From assembly GCA_017620505.1 (NCBI GenBank), contig JAGAVA010000148.1, forward strand, positions 1 through 52,258: 52,258 bases of DNA, written 5' to 3'. The notes below the pieces were generated by a model. The model was not told where the DNA came from and ran no database searches. It was given only the letters and a program-made list of their open reading frames with translations. Below, one piece after another: positions 7,568 through 16,034 of this stretch (its first letter is position 1; each line of letters starts with the position of its first letter). A program made the translations under genes and the position numbers. This stretch comes from Clostridia bacterium. Its GTDB lineage: Bacteria; Bacillota; Clostridia; Oscillospirales; Butyricicoccaceae.

Positions 7568-7602
7568 AAAGCCTCGTCATCTTAGGATGGCGAGGCTTTT
7601 TT
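7568..7602 (+). terminator. Rho-independent terminator after repeat copy 2
   Basis: aaagcctcgtcatcttaggatggcgaggcttttttc. Confidence 0.75.
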
Positions 7603-7833
7603 CTCATGTTTTCACGTTTTCGATATAGACAGAAGTATTCCGGTTTAGACGGGTTTAGGCTGTTCTTTTCGGTCAGCGGGACAACAGAAAGCGATTGGTC
7701 AGAACGCAATCCTTTTATATAACAAGGCCAATATTCTATAAGGGAAAATTATTATAAATCTGGGATGGCGTTTTTTCTATTTTGTTATATTATATATATT
7801 ATAGATATAGGATCTACGGAAAGGAGAAATCCG

Positions 7834-8706
7834 ATGAGAATTGAAACACTTGAAAATTTCATTGCCATCTCCAGAGAAGAGTCTATCTCGCTTGCTGCGG
7901 AAAAGATGCACATCTCACAGCCGGCGCTGAGTCAGCAGCTTGCAAGCATGGAGAAAGAGCTGGGGGCAAAGCTGTTTGTACGCGACACCAGAAAACTGAA
8001 GCTGACCGATGCAGGAATGATCGTACAGAGAAAAGCCGCAGAAATCCTGTCTCTTTATCAGGAAATGAAAACCGACCTTACCGGTGAGAACATCGAAGGC
8101 AAGATCCGGATCGGCTGCGGCGAGCTGGCATCCATGGATATGCTGAGCGATGCCATCGCGGCTTTTTCGGAGATCCATCCCCGGGTGTCCTTTCATCTGA
8201 TCTCCATGAACGCCGACAAGTCGGTGGAAATGATGGATCACGGTCAACTGGAGCTTGCGCTGGTGATGGAGCCCATCTTCTTTGAAAAATACAATTTCAT
8301 GCGGTTTCCCGTGGAAGAGGAGTGGGTGTGCTGCATGAAGCAGGATGATCCCCTCGTCCATAAAGAGTACATCACGCCCAAAGATCTTGCCGGAAGCCGA
8401 ATCATCCTTCCCTATCGGGAAGGCGCTGCCAACATCGTTCTGAGCTGGTTCGGCGAATATGCCGCCACCCTGAAGGTTGCGGGCAGCAGCAGCTTCTACT
8501 CCAACGCGGCTGTCATGGTAAAAAAGGGAATGGGTCGCGCCATCTATATCAAGCGGCAGATACCTTATCCTTCGGATGATGACGTGGTGTGCTGCAGACT
8601 GGAACCGCGGATCAAGGTGCTTTCGTCCCTGATTTGGGATAAACAGTATCAGAGTACAGAAGTGCGAAAGTTCATTGAATTTCTTATTGGATTTTTGAAT
8701 AAATAA
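7834..8706 (+). CDS. LysR-family transcriptional regulator
   Basis: N-terminal HTH MRIETLENFIAISREESISLAAEKMHISQPALSQQLASMEKELGAKLFVRDTRKLKLTDAG. RBS aaaggag lies 7 nt upstream of the ATG at 7834. The track start at 7765 lies in AT-rich DNA without an RBS. Confidence 0.9.
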   Translation: MRIETLENFIAISREESISLAAEKMHISQPALSQQLASMEKELGAKLFVRDTRKLKLTDAGMIVQRKAAEILSLYQEMKTDLTGENIEGKIRIGCGELASMDMLSDAIAAFSEIHPRVSFHLISMNADKSVEMMDHGQLELALVMEPIFFEKYNFMRFPVEEEWVCCMKQDDPLVHKEYITPKDLAGSRIILPYREGAANIVLSWFGEYAATLKVAGSSSFYSNAAVMVKKGMGRAIYIKRQIPYPSDDDVVCCRLEPRIKVLSSLIWDKQYQSTEVRKFIEFLIGFLNK

Positions 8707-8791
8707 TCATGCAAAAATCGAACTTGTATTTAGTATTTGGATAGTTTACCATAAGGCTGTCGAACTACTGAATAAAAGGAGATTTTTGATC

Positions 8792-9016
8792 ATGATTCAG
8801 GCATTTGGTATCGGATGCACCTTACTTTTGCTGATCGCACTGGCCATTGCGGTTTATAAGGGTGTCCCCATTCTGGTAGCCTCTCCCATCTGCGGCGCAC
8901 TTTGCCTGCTCTGCAACGGTATGCCCGTTATTGGATGTTCCGGGGTGCCGCTCGTTTTTTCGGTTGTTGCCCTGCGGCCTTTGATTCGGGAATTCTTTAT
9001 GCTCAATCCGCTATAA
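8792..9016 (+). pseudogene. Short membrane ORF, possibly the N-terminal remnant of a permease
   Basis: RBS aaaggag plus an ATG at 8792. The product is 74 aa and entirely hydrophobic (MIQAFGIGCTLLLLIALAIAVYKGVPILVASPICGALCLLCNG...), resembling the first helices of GntP/citrate-type permeases. It ends abruptly. The homology is my impression only. Confidence 0.3.
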
Positions 9017-9128
9017 AGACCCCTTGAGAAACACGAAAAACCATGGACAAATATTGTCGAAAGAAGTATAATAAATGTAATAATGTGCTTTCCGCTGATT
9101 GAATTATGAAATGCAAAGGAACGATGAC

Positions 9129-9968
9129 ATGAAAACTGACAAGAAAACGCTGGCGCTGACTGCCACCAAAGCCCGCCTCCTTGCCGTTCAGATGGTCTAC
9201 GAGGCCGCCTCCGGCCATCCCGGTGGTTCTCTGAGCTGTCTGGATGTTCTGACCGCTCTTTATTTCAACGAGATGAAGATCGATCCCGCCAACCCCCGTG
9301 ATCCCGAGCGTGACCGCTTCGTCATGAGTAAGGGTCACTGCTCTCCCGCCGTCTATCCCACGTTGGCACTGCGCGGCTTCTTCCCCGTGGAAGAGCTGAA
9401 GATGTTCCGCCGCATCGACGGTCATATGTCCGGCCACGTGGAAATGAAGCACGTTCCCGGTGTCGATATGTCCACCGGCTCTCTGGGTCAGGGCATCTCC
9501 ACCGCCGTCGGTATGGCGCTGGCCGGTAAGCTGGGCAACAAGGATTATCGTGTCTATGCTATGCTGGGCGACGGCGAGGTTGCCGAGGGTCAGGTGTGGG
9601 AAGCCTTTATGGCCGCCAACAAGTATCATCTGGACAACCTGTGCGCCATCGTGGACGTGAACGGTCTGCAGATCGACGGCAAAACCTGCGACGTTATGCC
9701 CACCGAGCCGCTGGATGACAAGTTCCGCGCTTTCGGCGCACACGTCATCACCATCGACGGTCACGACTTCGACGCCATCGAAGCCGCCTTTGCCGAGGCA
9801 AAGGCCACCAAGGGTCAGCCCACCGTCATCCTTGCCAAGACTGTCAAGGGCAAGGGCGTTTCCTACATGGAAAACAACGCCGGCTGGCACGGCAAGGCAC
9901 CCAACGACGAACAGTTTGCACAGGCTAAGGCAGAATTGGAAGCGGCCATCGCCGCACTGGAGGGCTAA
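9129..9968 (+). CDS. Transketolase, N-terminal (thiamine-diphosphate-binding) subunit
   Basis: Motifs ...ASGHPGGSLSCLDVLTALYF...SKGHCSPAVYP...GSLGQGIS...LGDGEVAEGQVWEA... identify it. The start is ambiguous (in-frame candidates at 9099, 9111 and 9129). Confidence 0.9.
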   Translation: MKTDKKTLALTATKARLLAVQMVYEAASGHPGGSLSCLDVLTALYFNEMKIDPANPRDPERDRFVMSKGHCSPAVYPTLALRGFFPVEELKMFRRIDGHMSGHVEMKHVPGVDMSTGSLGQGISTAVGMALAGKLGNKDYRVYAMLGDGEVAEGQVWEAFMAANKYHLDNLCAIVDVNGLQIDGKTCDVMPTEPLDDKFRAFGAHVITIDGHDFDAIEAAFAEAKATKGQPTVILAKTVKGKGVSYMENNAGWHGKAPNDEQFAQAKAELEAAIAALEG

Positions 9969-9971
9969 AAC

Positions 9972-10919
9972 ATGGGAGAGAAAATCGCAACCAGAAACGC
10001 TTACGGTCAGGCACTGGCCGAGCTCGCCAATCAGTATCCCGAGGTGGTTTGCTTTGACGCCGACCTGGCTGGAGCAACCATGAGCAAATTCTTCCTGGAA
10101 GCCCACCCCGACCGTTTCTTTGACATGGGCATTGCCGAGTCCAATATGCAGGGTGTGGCAGCCGGTATGGCCGCCTGCGGCTACAAGCCCTTTACCAACA
10201 CCTTCGCCATGTTCGCCGCCGGCCGTTCCTGGGAGCAGATCCGCAACTCCATCTGCTATCCCGGTCTGAACGTCAAGGTGGTGGGCTCCCACGGCGGTAT
10301 CTCCGTGGGTGAGGACGGCGCTACCCATCAGTGCATCGAGGACTTCGCCATCATGCGCGTTATCCCCGGCATGACCGTTTTGTGCCCCTGCGACGCCAAC
10401 GAAATGCGTCAGGCTGTGGAGGCACTGATCCACTATGAAGGCCCTGCTTATATGCGTCTGGGTCGTCTGGCTGTGGAGACCGTCACCGACACCATCCCCG
10501 GCTACAAGTTCGAGCTGGGCAAGGGCATCCAGCTGCGCGAGGGCACCGACGTGACCATCATCGCCAACGGCATGATGGTGCAGATGGCGCTGACCGCCGC
10601 CGAACAGCTGGCCGCTGAGGGCATCTCTGCCCGTGTGGTGGATATGCACACCATCAAGCCTCTGGACGGCGACATCATCAAGAAGGCCGCCGAAGAGACC
10701 GGCGCCATCGTGGTCACCGAAGAGCACAACATCATCGGCGGTCTGGGCGCTGCCGTTGCCGAGTTCTGCAGCGAGAACTGCCCCGTTCCCGTGGTGCGCC
10801 ACGGCGTGAACGACGAGTTCGGTCGCAGTGGTAAGGCTCCTCTGGCGCTGAAGGCCTTCGGTCTCAGCCCCGAGGTCATTGCCGAAAAGGCAAAGAAAGC
10901 CCTTGCAATGAAAAAGTAA
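9972..10919 (+). CDS. Transketolase, C-terminal (pyrimidine-binding) subunit
   Basis: Motifs ...FFDMGIAESNMQGVAAGMA...SHGGISVGEDGATHQCIEDFAIMR... identify it. It starts 4 nt after the N-terminal subunit gene. Confidence 0.92.
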   Translation: MGEKIATRNAYGQALAELANQYPEVVCFDADLAGATMSKFFLEAHPDRFFDMGIAESNMQGVAAGMAACGYKPFTNTFAMFAAGRSWEQIRNSICYPGLNVKVVGSHGGISVGEDGATHQCIEDFAIMRVIPGMTVLCPCDANEMRQAVEALIHYEGPAYMRLGRLAVETVTDTIPGYKFELGKGIQLREGTDVTIIANGMMVQMALTAAEQLAAEGISARVVDMHTIKPLDGDIIKKAAEETGAIVVTEEHNIIGGLGAAVAEFCSENCPVPVVRHGVNDEFGRSGKAPLALKAFGLSPEVIAEKAKKALAMKK

Positions 10920-10935
10920 ATGATTTTTTGGAAAC

Positions 10936-10967
10936 GGGAGCGCTCCGAAGGGCGCTCCCATTTTTTA
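10936..10967 (+). terminator. Terminator of the transketolase operon
   Basis: gggagcgctccgaagggcgctccc followed by atttttt. Confidence 0.75.
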
Positions 10968-10970
10968 CGT

Positions 10971-11000
10971 AAAAAAGAGCCGAGCAAGGCTCGGCTCTTT
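10971..11000 (-). terminator. Terminator of the minus-strand YggS operon
   Basis: Hairpin agagccgagc aa ggctcggctct with a T-run on the minus strand. Confidence 0.7.
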
Positions 11001-11004
11001 GGGG

Positions 11005-11733
11005 TCAGACACGATTGGGATAATACCGCTCGCCATAAATGGCGGTACCCACGCGCACCAGGGTGGCACCCTCTAAAATGGCGGCTTCATAGCTGCCGCT
11101 CATGCCCATGGACAGGATGTCAAGGTCGGCATTTTCATAATGCCGCGCCCTGGCCTGCTCCATCAGCTCCCGCAGCATGGCAAAATACCGGCGGCTCTCG
11201 GGGCCGTTGTCAAAGGCAGGGGGAATGGCCATCAGACCCCGGACATGGACGTGCTCCAGTCCGGCGGCACGCTCCAACATGGGCCACAGATCGTCGGCAG
11301 CGGCACCGGTTTTGGTGGCCTCTTCGCCGATGTTCAGCTCCAGCAGGATGTCCTGCCGCAGATTCTGCTTGCCAGCCTCCTTGTCGATGGCCTCCAGCAG
11401 GCGCAGGCTGTCCACACTCTGGATAATATGGGCTTTGCCCACCACTTTTTTCACCTTATTGGTCTGCAGGTGACCGATGAAATGCACCGGCTTGTCCAGA
11501 TAAGCGCTGGCTTCATAGTTGACTACCAGCTCCTGCATATGGTTTTCGCCGAACAGATCCACCGGCAGGGCGGCACTGTCCCGGATGGTTTCGGGGGTAC
11601 GGGTCTTGCAGACGGCGCACAGCAAAATCTCGCCGGGATCGCGGCCGGCGGCTTTTGCGGCCTGTTCCATGCGATAGCGGACTTCCGCCACCGCCTCCGC
11701 CATCCGGCGGGCATCAAAGGCCTGTGCCATCAT
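11005..11733 (-). CDS. YggS/YlmE-family pyridoxal-phosphate homeostasis protein
   Basis: Motifs ...LLCAVCKTRTPE...FGENHMQEL...HFIGHLQTNKVK...MGMSGSYEAAILEGATLVRVGTAIYG identify it. The start MMAQAF overlaps the upstream stop (TAATGATG). The longer track ORF (to 11943) is an upstream extension. Confidence 0.88.
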   Translation of the reverse strand: MMAQAFDARRMAEAVAEVRYRMEQAAKAAGRDPGEILLCAVCKTRTPETIRDSAALPVDLFGENHMQELVVNYEASAYLDKPVHFIGHLQTNKVKKVVGKAHIIQSVDSLRLLEAIDKEAGKQNLRQDILLELNIGEEATKTGAAADDLWPMLERAAGLEHVHVRGLMAIPPAFDNGPESRRYFAMLRELMEQARARHYENADLDILSMGMSGSYEAAILEGATLVRVGTAIYGERYYPNRV

Positions 11734-12287
11734 TACACGTCCTGATAGATGGCCCGGGGGCCGCCCACATACTTGGCACGGGTGCGGGCGCACACCACCA
11801 CGGCTTCGCCGATGTACTTGATGCTGGTGCGGACGGGGACGGCCACCCGGCGCAGGTGCATACCAATGAGGGTGCTGCCGATGTCGATGCCGGCGTCGGC
11901 AACGATGGTCTCCACTGCCACGGGATCGGAGAAGGTGTTCCATGCGGTGACGGCAAAGGAGCCGCCGGCATGGGGCTGGGGCTTGACGTTGACGATCTCA
12001 TAGCCGCGGGCTTCGGCCACGGCACGCTCCATGATGAGAGAACGGTTCAGATGCTCGCAGCACTGGACAGCCAGATGGATGCCATTCTCCTGCAGCACGG
12101 GATAAATGCCCTTGAAGGCGGCCTGAGCGGCCTCCATAGAAGAGCCCTTGCCGATGCGCTGACCCACCATCTCGCTGGAGGAGCAGCCGATGACCAGCAG
12201 GGAGCCGGGCTTCAGCTTGGCCTGCTCCAGCAGTTCGGTGACGACGGTATTTGCCTGTTTGGTAATTTCTTCGTACATTGTTCTCAA
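11733..12287 (-). CDS. TIGR01440/DUF436-family protein
   Basis: MRTMYEEITKQANTVVTELLEQAKLKPGSLLVIGCSSSEM...QCCEHLNRSLIMER... is a pattern characteristic of the UPF0340 family. Confidence 0.75.
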   Translation of the reverse strand: MRTMYEEITKQANTVVTELLEQAKLKPGSLLVIGCSSSEMVGQRIGKGSSMEAAQAAFKGIYPVLQENGIHLAVQCCEHLNRSLIMERAVAEARGYEIVNVKPQPHAGGSFAVTAWNTFSDPVAVETIVADAGIDIGSTLIGMHLRRVAVPVRTSIKYIGEAVVVCARTRAKYVGGPRAIYQDV

Positions 12288-12817
12288 CCTTTCCAGAATC
12301 GTTCGCGCAGGGCCGGCACCTTGTACAGCAGCCGGAACAGCGCCGTGGAGGCAGCCACACCCACAAGGCCCTGCATCAGATTGGCAGGAATGGCGGCGGC
12401 AGCGCCGGCGCCCACCTTGAGGATGACCGTTTCATAAGCAAAGTAGCCCAGAGCCATAAAGACCTCTGCCGGGATGGTGCACACCAGCAGACGGGAAACA
12501 GAGGGCGCCTTTCCCAGTTTATAATAGACCAGCAGCAGCAGGCTGGCGATGACGGCCACCAGGCCCTTGACTACAAAGGTACCGGGGGCGTACATGGGAT
12601 AGCCCAGCAGCAGGTCAGCCAAGGCCGGGCCCAGACCACCGGCCACAAAGCCGTACACCGGACCCAGACAAAAGCCAGCCAAAAGGACAAAGGCATCGCC
12701 CAGATTGACGTATCCGGTGGGGGCGGGGATCTGGATCATCATGGTGGCCACACAGGACAGTGCGGCAAACATGGCGGCCAGGATCAGCTTTTCCATGGGT
12801 TTGTTTTGATTGTGCAT
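12284..12817 (-). CDS. ECF-transporter substrate-capture (S) component, substrate unknown
   Basis: 177 aa with about 5-6 TM helices. Motifs ...IPAPTGYVNLGDAFVLLAGFCLGP...GLGPALADLL.... RBS aaggag lies 9 nt before the ATG. The 3' end overlaps the DUF436 start by 4 nt. Confidence 0.65.
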   Translation of the reverse strand: MHNQNKPMEKLILAAMFAALSCVATMMIQIPAPTGYVNLGDAFVLLAGFCLGPVYGFVAGGLGPALADLLLGYPMYAPGTFVVKGLVAVIASLLLLVYYKLGKAPSVSRLLVCTIPAEVFMALGYFAYETVILKVGAGAAAAIPANLMQGLVGVAASTALFRLLYKVPALRERFWKG

Positions 12818-13030
12818 GGCAGGACAGCTCCTTATTTTGGGATTCTGTCTTTATCATACCAATTTCTGACCCTATTTAAAGTGCCAATTTAAGAAAATAT
12901 TACAAGGTCAGATGCCTTTTGTTGCAAAATTGCAGATTTGCTGTATAATAAATTAGATATGGCATTATAACAATTTTAGTTTACCATAAGTTTGCCCGGA
13001 ACGCAACGGGCAGGAAAGTCAGGAACCTCT

Positions 13031-14371
13031 ATGAAAGCCTTTTCTTTGACCGAGGGCAGGGTCGCGCCCACACTGGTGCGGTTTGCACTGCCCTTTATGT
13101 TATCCAGCCTGCTGCAATCGCTGTACGGCGCGGCCGACCTGTTTGTGGTGGGTCAATACGCCGGTGCGGCGGCGGTTTCCGGCGTATCCATCGGCTCTCA
13201 GATCATGAGCACGGTGACCATGCTGATTCTATCCCTTTCCATGGGCGGTACGGTGCTCATCGGCAACTGCATCGGACAGAAAAATGACGAGGGCGCCGCC
13301 ACCGCCATCGGCACTATGACGGTGCTCTTCGGTCTGTTTGCCCTGCTTCTCACACCGCTGATGCTTCTGGGCACCGACGCAGGAGTTGCCCTCATGCAGA
13401 CGCCTCCTGAGGCGGTGGCCGACACCCGGGATTATGTGTTCACCTGCTCGCTGGGTCTGCCCTTTATCATCGGCTATAACGCCCTCAGCGGTATTTTCCG
13501 CGGTCTGGGCGACAGCAAGACCCCGGTTTATTTCGTAGCACTGGCTACCGTCATTAACATTGTGGCCGACTTTGTGCTGGTGGGCGGCCTGAAGATGGGC
13601 GCCACCGGCGCCGCCATCGCCACCGTTGCCGCACAGGGATTGAGCTTCCTTGCGGCACTGGTTTGGATGTGCAAGACCGGGTTTTCCTTCCCCTTTACCC
13701 GCCGCCACCTGCGGCTGGACGGACATTCCGCAAAGCGCATCCTCAAGGTGGGCGCGCCGCTGGCGCTGCAGAGCACCAGTGTGCATCTGTCCTTCCTGAT
13801 CATCACCGCCATCATCAACACCATGGGTCTCATCGCCTCGGCAGCGGTGGGTGTCACCGAAAAAATCATGGCATTCGCCTTCCTGCCTCCCGACGCTTTT
13901 GCGGCGGCGGTGGCGGCCATGACCGCTCAGAACATCGGCGCAGGCAAGCCGGAGCGCGCCCTCCAGTCCCTCAAGTGGAGCATTGTTTTCTCGCTGGCCT
14001 TTGGCCTGTTGGTCTGTGGCTTTGCCAACCTGTTCCCCGAAGTGCTGCCTGCCATTTTCACCACCGATGGGCAGGTCATCCGGGCGGCGGGACTGTATAT
14101 GCGCACCTATTCCGTGGACTGCATTCTGGTGTCCTTTGTGTTCAGCTTCAACAACTATTTCAGCGGCTGCGGCAACGCCGTGATCTCCATGATCCACAAT
14201 GTGATCGCCACCTTTGCGGTGCGCATCCCGGTGACACTGGTCATGAGCCGCCTGCCCGGCGCTTCTCTGCTGCACATGGGTCTGGCTGCCCCGGCGGCAT
14301 CACTGCTGTCCATCATCATTTGCGCCGGATACTTCCTCTGGCTGCGAAAAAAGACCAAAATCCCGGCATAA
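13031..14371 (+). CDS. MATE-family efflux transporter
   Basis: MKAFSLTEGRVAPTLVRFALPFMLSSLLQSLYGAADLFVVGQY..., followed by 12 predicted TM segments. Confidence 0.9.
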   Translation: MKAFSLTEGRVAPTLVRFALPFMLSSLLQSLYGAADLFVVGQYAGAAAVSGVSIGSQIMSTVTMLILSLSMGGTVLIGNCIGQKNDEGAATAIGTMTVLFGLFALLLTPLMLLGTDAGVALMQTPPEAVADTRDYVFTCSLGLPFIIGYNALSGIFRGLGDSKTPVYFVALATVINIVADFVLVGGLKMGATGAAIATVAAQGLSFLAALVWMCKTGFSFPFTRRHLRLDGHSAKRILKVGAPLALQSTSVHLSFLIITAIINTMGLIASAAVGVTEKIMAFAFLPPDAFAAAVAAMTAQNIGAGKPERALQSLKWSIVFSLAFGLLVCGFANLFPEVLPAIFTTDGQVIRAAGLYMRTYSVDCILVSFVFSFNNYFSGCGNAVISMIHNVIATFAVRIPVTLVMSRLPGASLLHMGLAAPAASLLSIIICAGYFLWLRKKTKIPA

Positions 14372-14393
14372 ATCCACAAAAGGAGGCCGTTTT

Positions 14394-14753
14394 GTGAAAT
14401 ATCTCAAGCAATTTACCATCATTTTAGGCATTTGCCTGCTGGGCGAACTGGTACGGTTTCTGCTGCCCCTGCCCATTCCTGCCAGCGTTTACGGTCTGGT
14501 GTTCATGCTGCTGGCGCTGATGTGCGGCGCTGTCAAGCTGGAACAGGTGGAAACAGTGGCCGATTTCCTCATCGGCATTATGTCCCCCATGTTCATTCCT
14601 GCAGCGGTGGCACTGATGAACCAGCTGGAGGCGCTGCGCGCCATTCTGCTGCCTTTTCTGGTCATCAACTTTGTGGGTCTGCTGACCACCTTCGCCGTTA
14701 CCGGACGGGTCACCCAGTTTCTGCTGAAACGGGAAAAGGAGGGGAAAAAATGA
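14394..14753 (+). CDS. lrgA: CidA/LrgA-family holin-like protein
   Basis: 119 aa with 4 TM segments. GTG start after aaaaggagg. It is followed by, and overlaps, lrgB. Confidence 0.85.
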   Translation: MKYLKQFTIILGICLLGELVRFLLPLPIPASVYGLVFMLLALMCGAVKLEQVETVADFLIGIMSPMFIPAAVALMNQLEALRAILLPFLVINFVGLLTTFAVTGRVTQFLLKREKEGKK

Positions 14754-15442
14754 CCGAGCTCATTCAGAACTGCACCACCTTTGGCCTGTTTCTCACGCTG
14801 GGCGCCTATCTTCTGGGTCTGGCGATCAACAAGCGGTTCAAAAGTCCCCTGACCAATCCCCTGTTGCTGTCGCTGATCATCATCATCCCGGTGCTGTTGC
14901 TGTGCGGCATTGACTACGACACCTATTACGAGGGCGCAAAGTACATCAGCTATCTGCTGACCCCCGCCACCGTCAGTCTGGCGATCCCCCTGTACCGTCA
15001 GCTGGACAAGCTGAAAAAGCACATGAAGGCCATTTTGCTGGGTATTTTCTCCGGCGTTTTGACCTCCGGCCTTTCCATCGCTGGTCTGAGCATCCTGTTT
15101 GGCCTGAGCCACACCGATTACGTCACCCTGCTGCCCAAGTCGGTGACCACTGCCATCGGCATGAGCCTGTCCACCGAGCTGGGCGGCGTTGCCGCCATCA
15201 CGGTGACCTCCATCGTGGTCACCGGCATTTTGGGCAACTGTCTGGCGGTCTTCCTGTGTCGCCTGTTCCGCATCACCGAGCCGGTGGCAAAGGGATTGGC
15301 CATCGGCACTGCCTCTCATGCCCTGGGTACCTCCAAGGCGCTGGAGATCGGCGAGGTGGAGGGCGCTATGAGCGGCCTTTCCATTGCGGTAGCCGGTCTG
15401 ATGACGGTGGTTGCGGCACCGTTGTTCGCCGCCCTGCTGTAA
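14750..15442 (+). CDS. lrgB: LrgB-family protein
   Basis: MTELIQNCTTFGLFLTLGAYLLG...SVTTAIGMSLS...GTASHALGTSKA.... ATGA overlap with lrgA. The track ORF from 14432 is an out-of-context upstream extension. Confidence 0.88.
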   Translation: MTELIQNCTTFGLFLTLGAYLLGLAINKRFKSPLTNPLLLSLIIIIPVLLLCGIDYDTYYEGAKYISYLLTPATVSLAIPLYRQLDKLKKHMKAILLGIFSGVLTSGLSIAGLSILFGLSHTDYVTLLPKSVTTAIGMSLSTELGGVAAITVTSIVVTGILGNCLAVFLCRLFRITEPVAKGLAIGTASHALGTSKALEIGEVEGAMSGLSIAVAGLMTVVAAPLFAALL

Positions 15443-15456
15443 GCTGACAAAAATGG

Positions 15457-15487
15457 AAAACCGGAGTCGTTTGACTCCGGTTTTTTG
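15457..15487. terminator. Bidirectional terminator between lrgB and the CBS gene
   Basis: aaaaccggagtcgtttgactccggtttttt. Confidence 0.8.
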
Positions 15488-15910
15488 TTATGCTCTTTTC
15501 AAAAAGGCCTGCAGCTTCATCTCCTGGCACAAGTGACTGAGCACCCGCTTTCGGGTGATGATGCCGATGAACATGCCCCGGTCATCCACCACGGGAGCAA
15601 AATTCTGCACCATGGAGTTTTCCAGCAGATGGGTCAGATCCATGGAGGCCAGCAGGGGCTGGTTATCACGGCTGTGGGGCACCAGATTGAGAGGCAGCTT
15701 TTCCACCTCGGCAAAGCTCAGGCCGCTTTTTTGCAGATACCACAGCAGATCGCCCTCGGTAATGGTGCCCACATATTCGCCGGAGCGGCGGATGATGGGT
15801 ACGGCGTGGTGACCGCCCGCCTCAATAGCGCGCAGCGCCTGACCGATGGTATAGTCGTCATAAAGCAGAGTAACTTCCTGTTTGGGGGTGAGGAAGAGCA
15901 AGATATTCAT
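15488..15910 (-). CDS. CBS-domain pair protein
   Basis: 140 aa with two CBS-like halves (...AVPIIRRSGEYVGTITEGDLL... / ...FAPVVDDRGMFIGIITRKRVL...). Confidence 0.8.
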   Translation of the reverse strand: MNILLFLTPKQEVTLLYDDYTIGQALRAIEAGGHHAVPIIRRSGEYVGTITEGDLLWYLQKSGLSFAEVEKLPLNLVPHSRDNQPLLASMDLTHLLENSMVQNFAPVVDDRGMFIGIITRKRVLSHLCQEMKLQAFLKRA

Positions 15911-16034
15911 AGTCGATCCTTTCTGAAATGGGTACGAAATGTGAAATTCTTCACAAGATTAGCCTACCATATTTTTATGAGAAAAACAAGAAAGTATCCA
16001 TGAACTTTTTGCGACATTTTCCCCCTTTGATCGG

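Noticed and set aside
8742-8755. 14-bp string tagtttaccataag shared with 12967-12980, upstream of the short membrane ORF and of the MATE gene (possible common operator).
   Set aside because: Several chance 14-mer matches are expected in a 52-kb window (order of magnitude from window size squared over 4^14). There is no palindromic structure or extended similarity around the matches.
9003-10961. 652-aa minus-strand ORF covering both transketolase genes. Similar long antisense ORFs occur at 671-1996, 13229-14275, 16161-17324, 22667-25267, 33547-35409, 46783-48081 and 50220-51512.
   Set aside because: Their translations are low-complexity (Gly/Ala/His/Asp/Val-rich) with no recognisable motifs. 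They lie exactly antisense to strongly recognisable genes. They are typical stop-poor shadow frames of high-GC coding DNA.
12818-12990. Possible riboswitch in the leader of the ECF S-component gene.
   Set aside because: The ~85-nt leader shows only one short hairpin (ctgacc/ggtcag). It has none of the conserved cores I know (THI-box, FMN, preQ1, cobalamin), so the evidence is insufficient.
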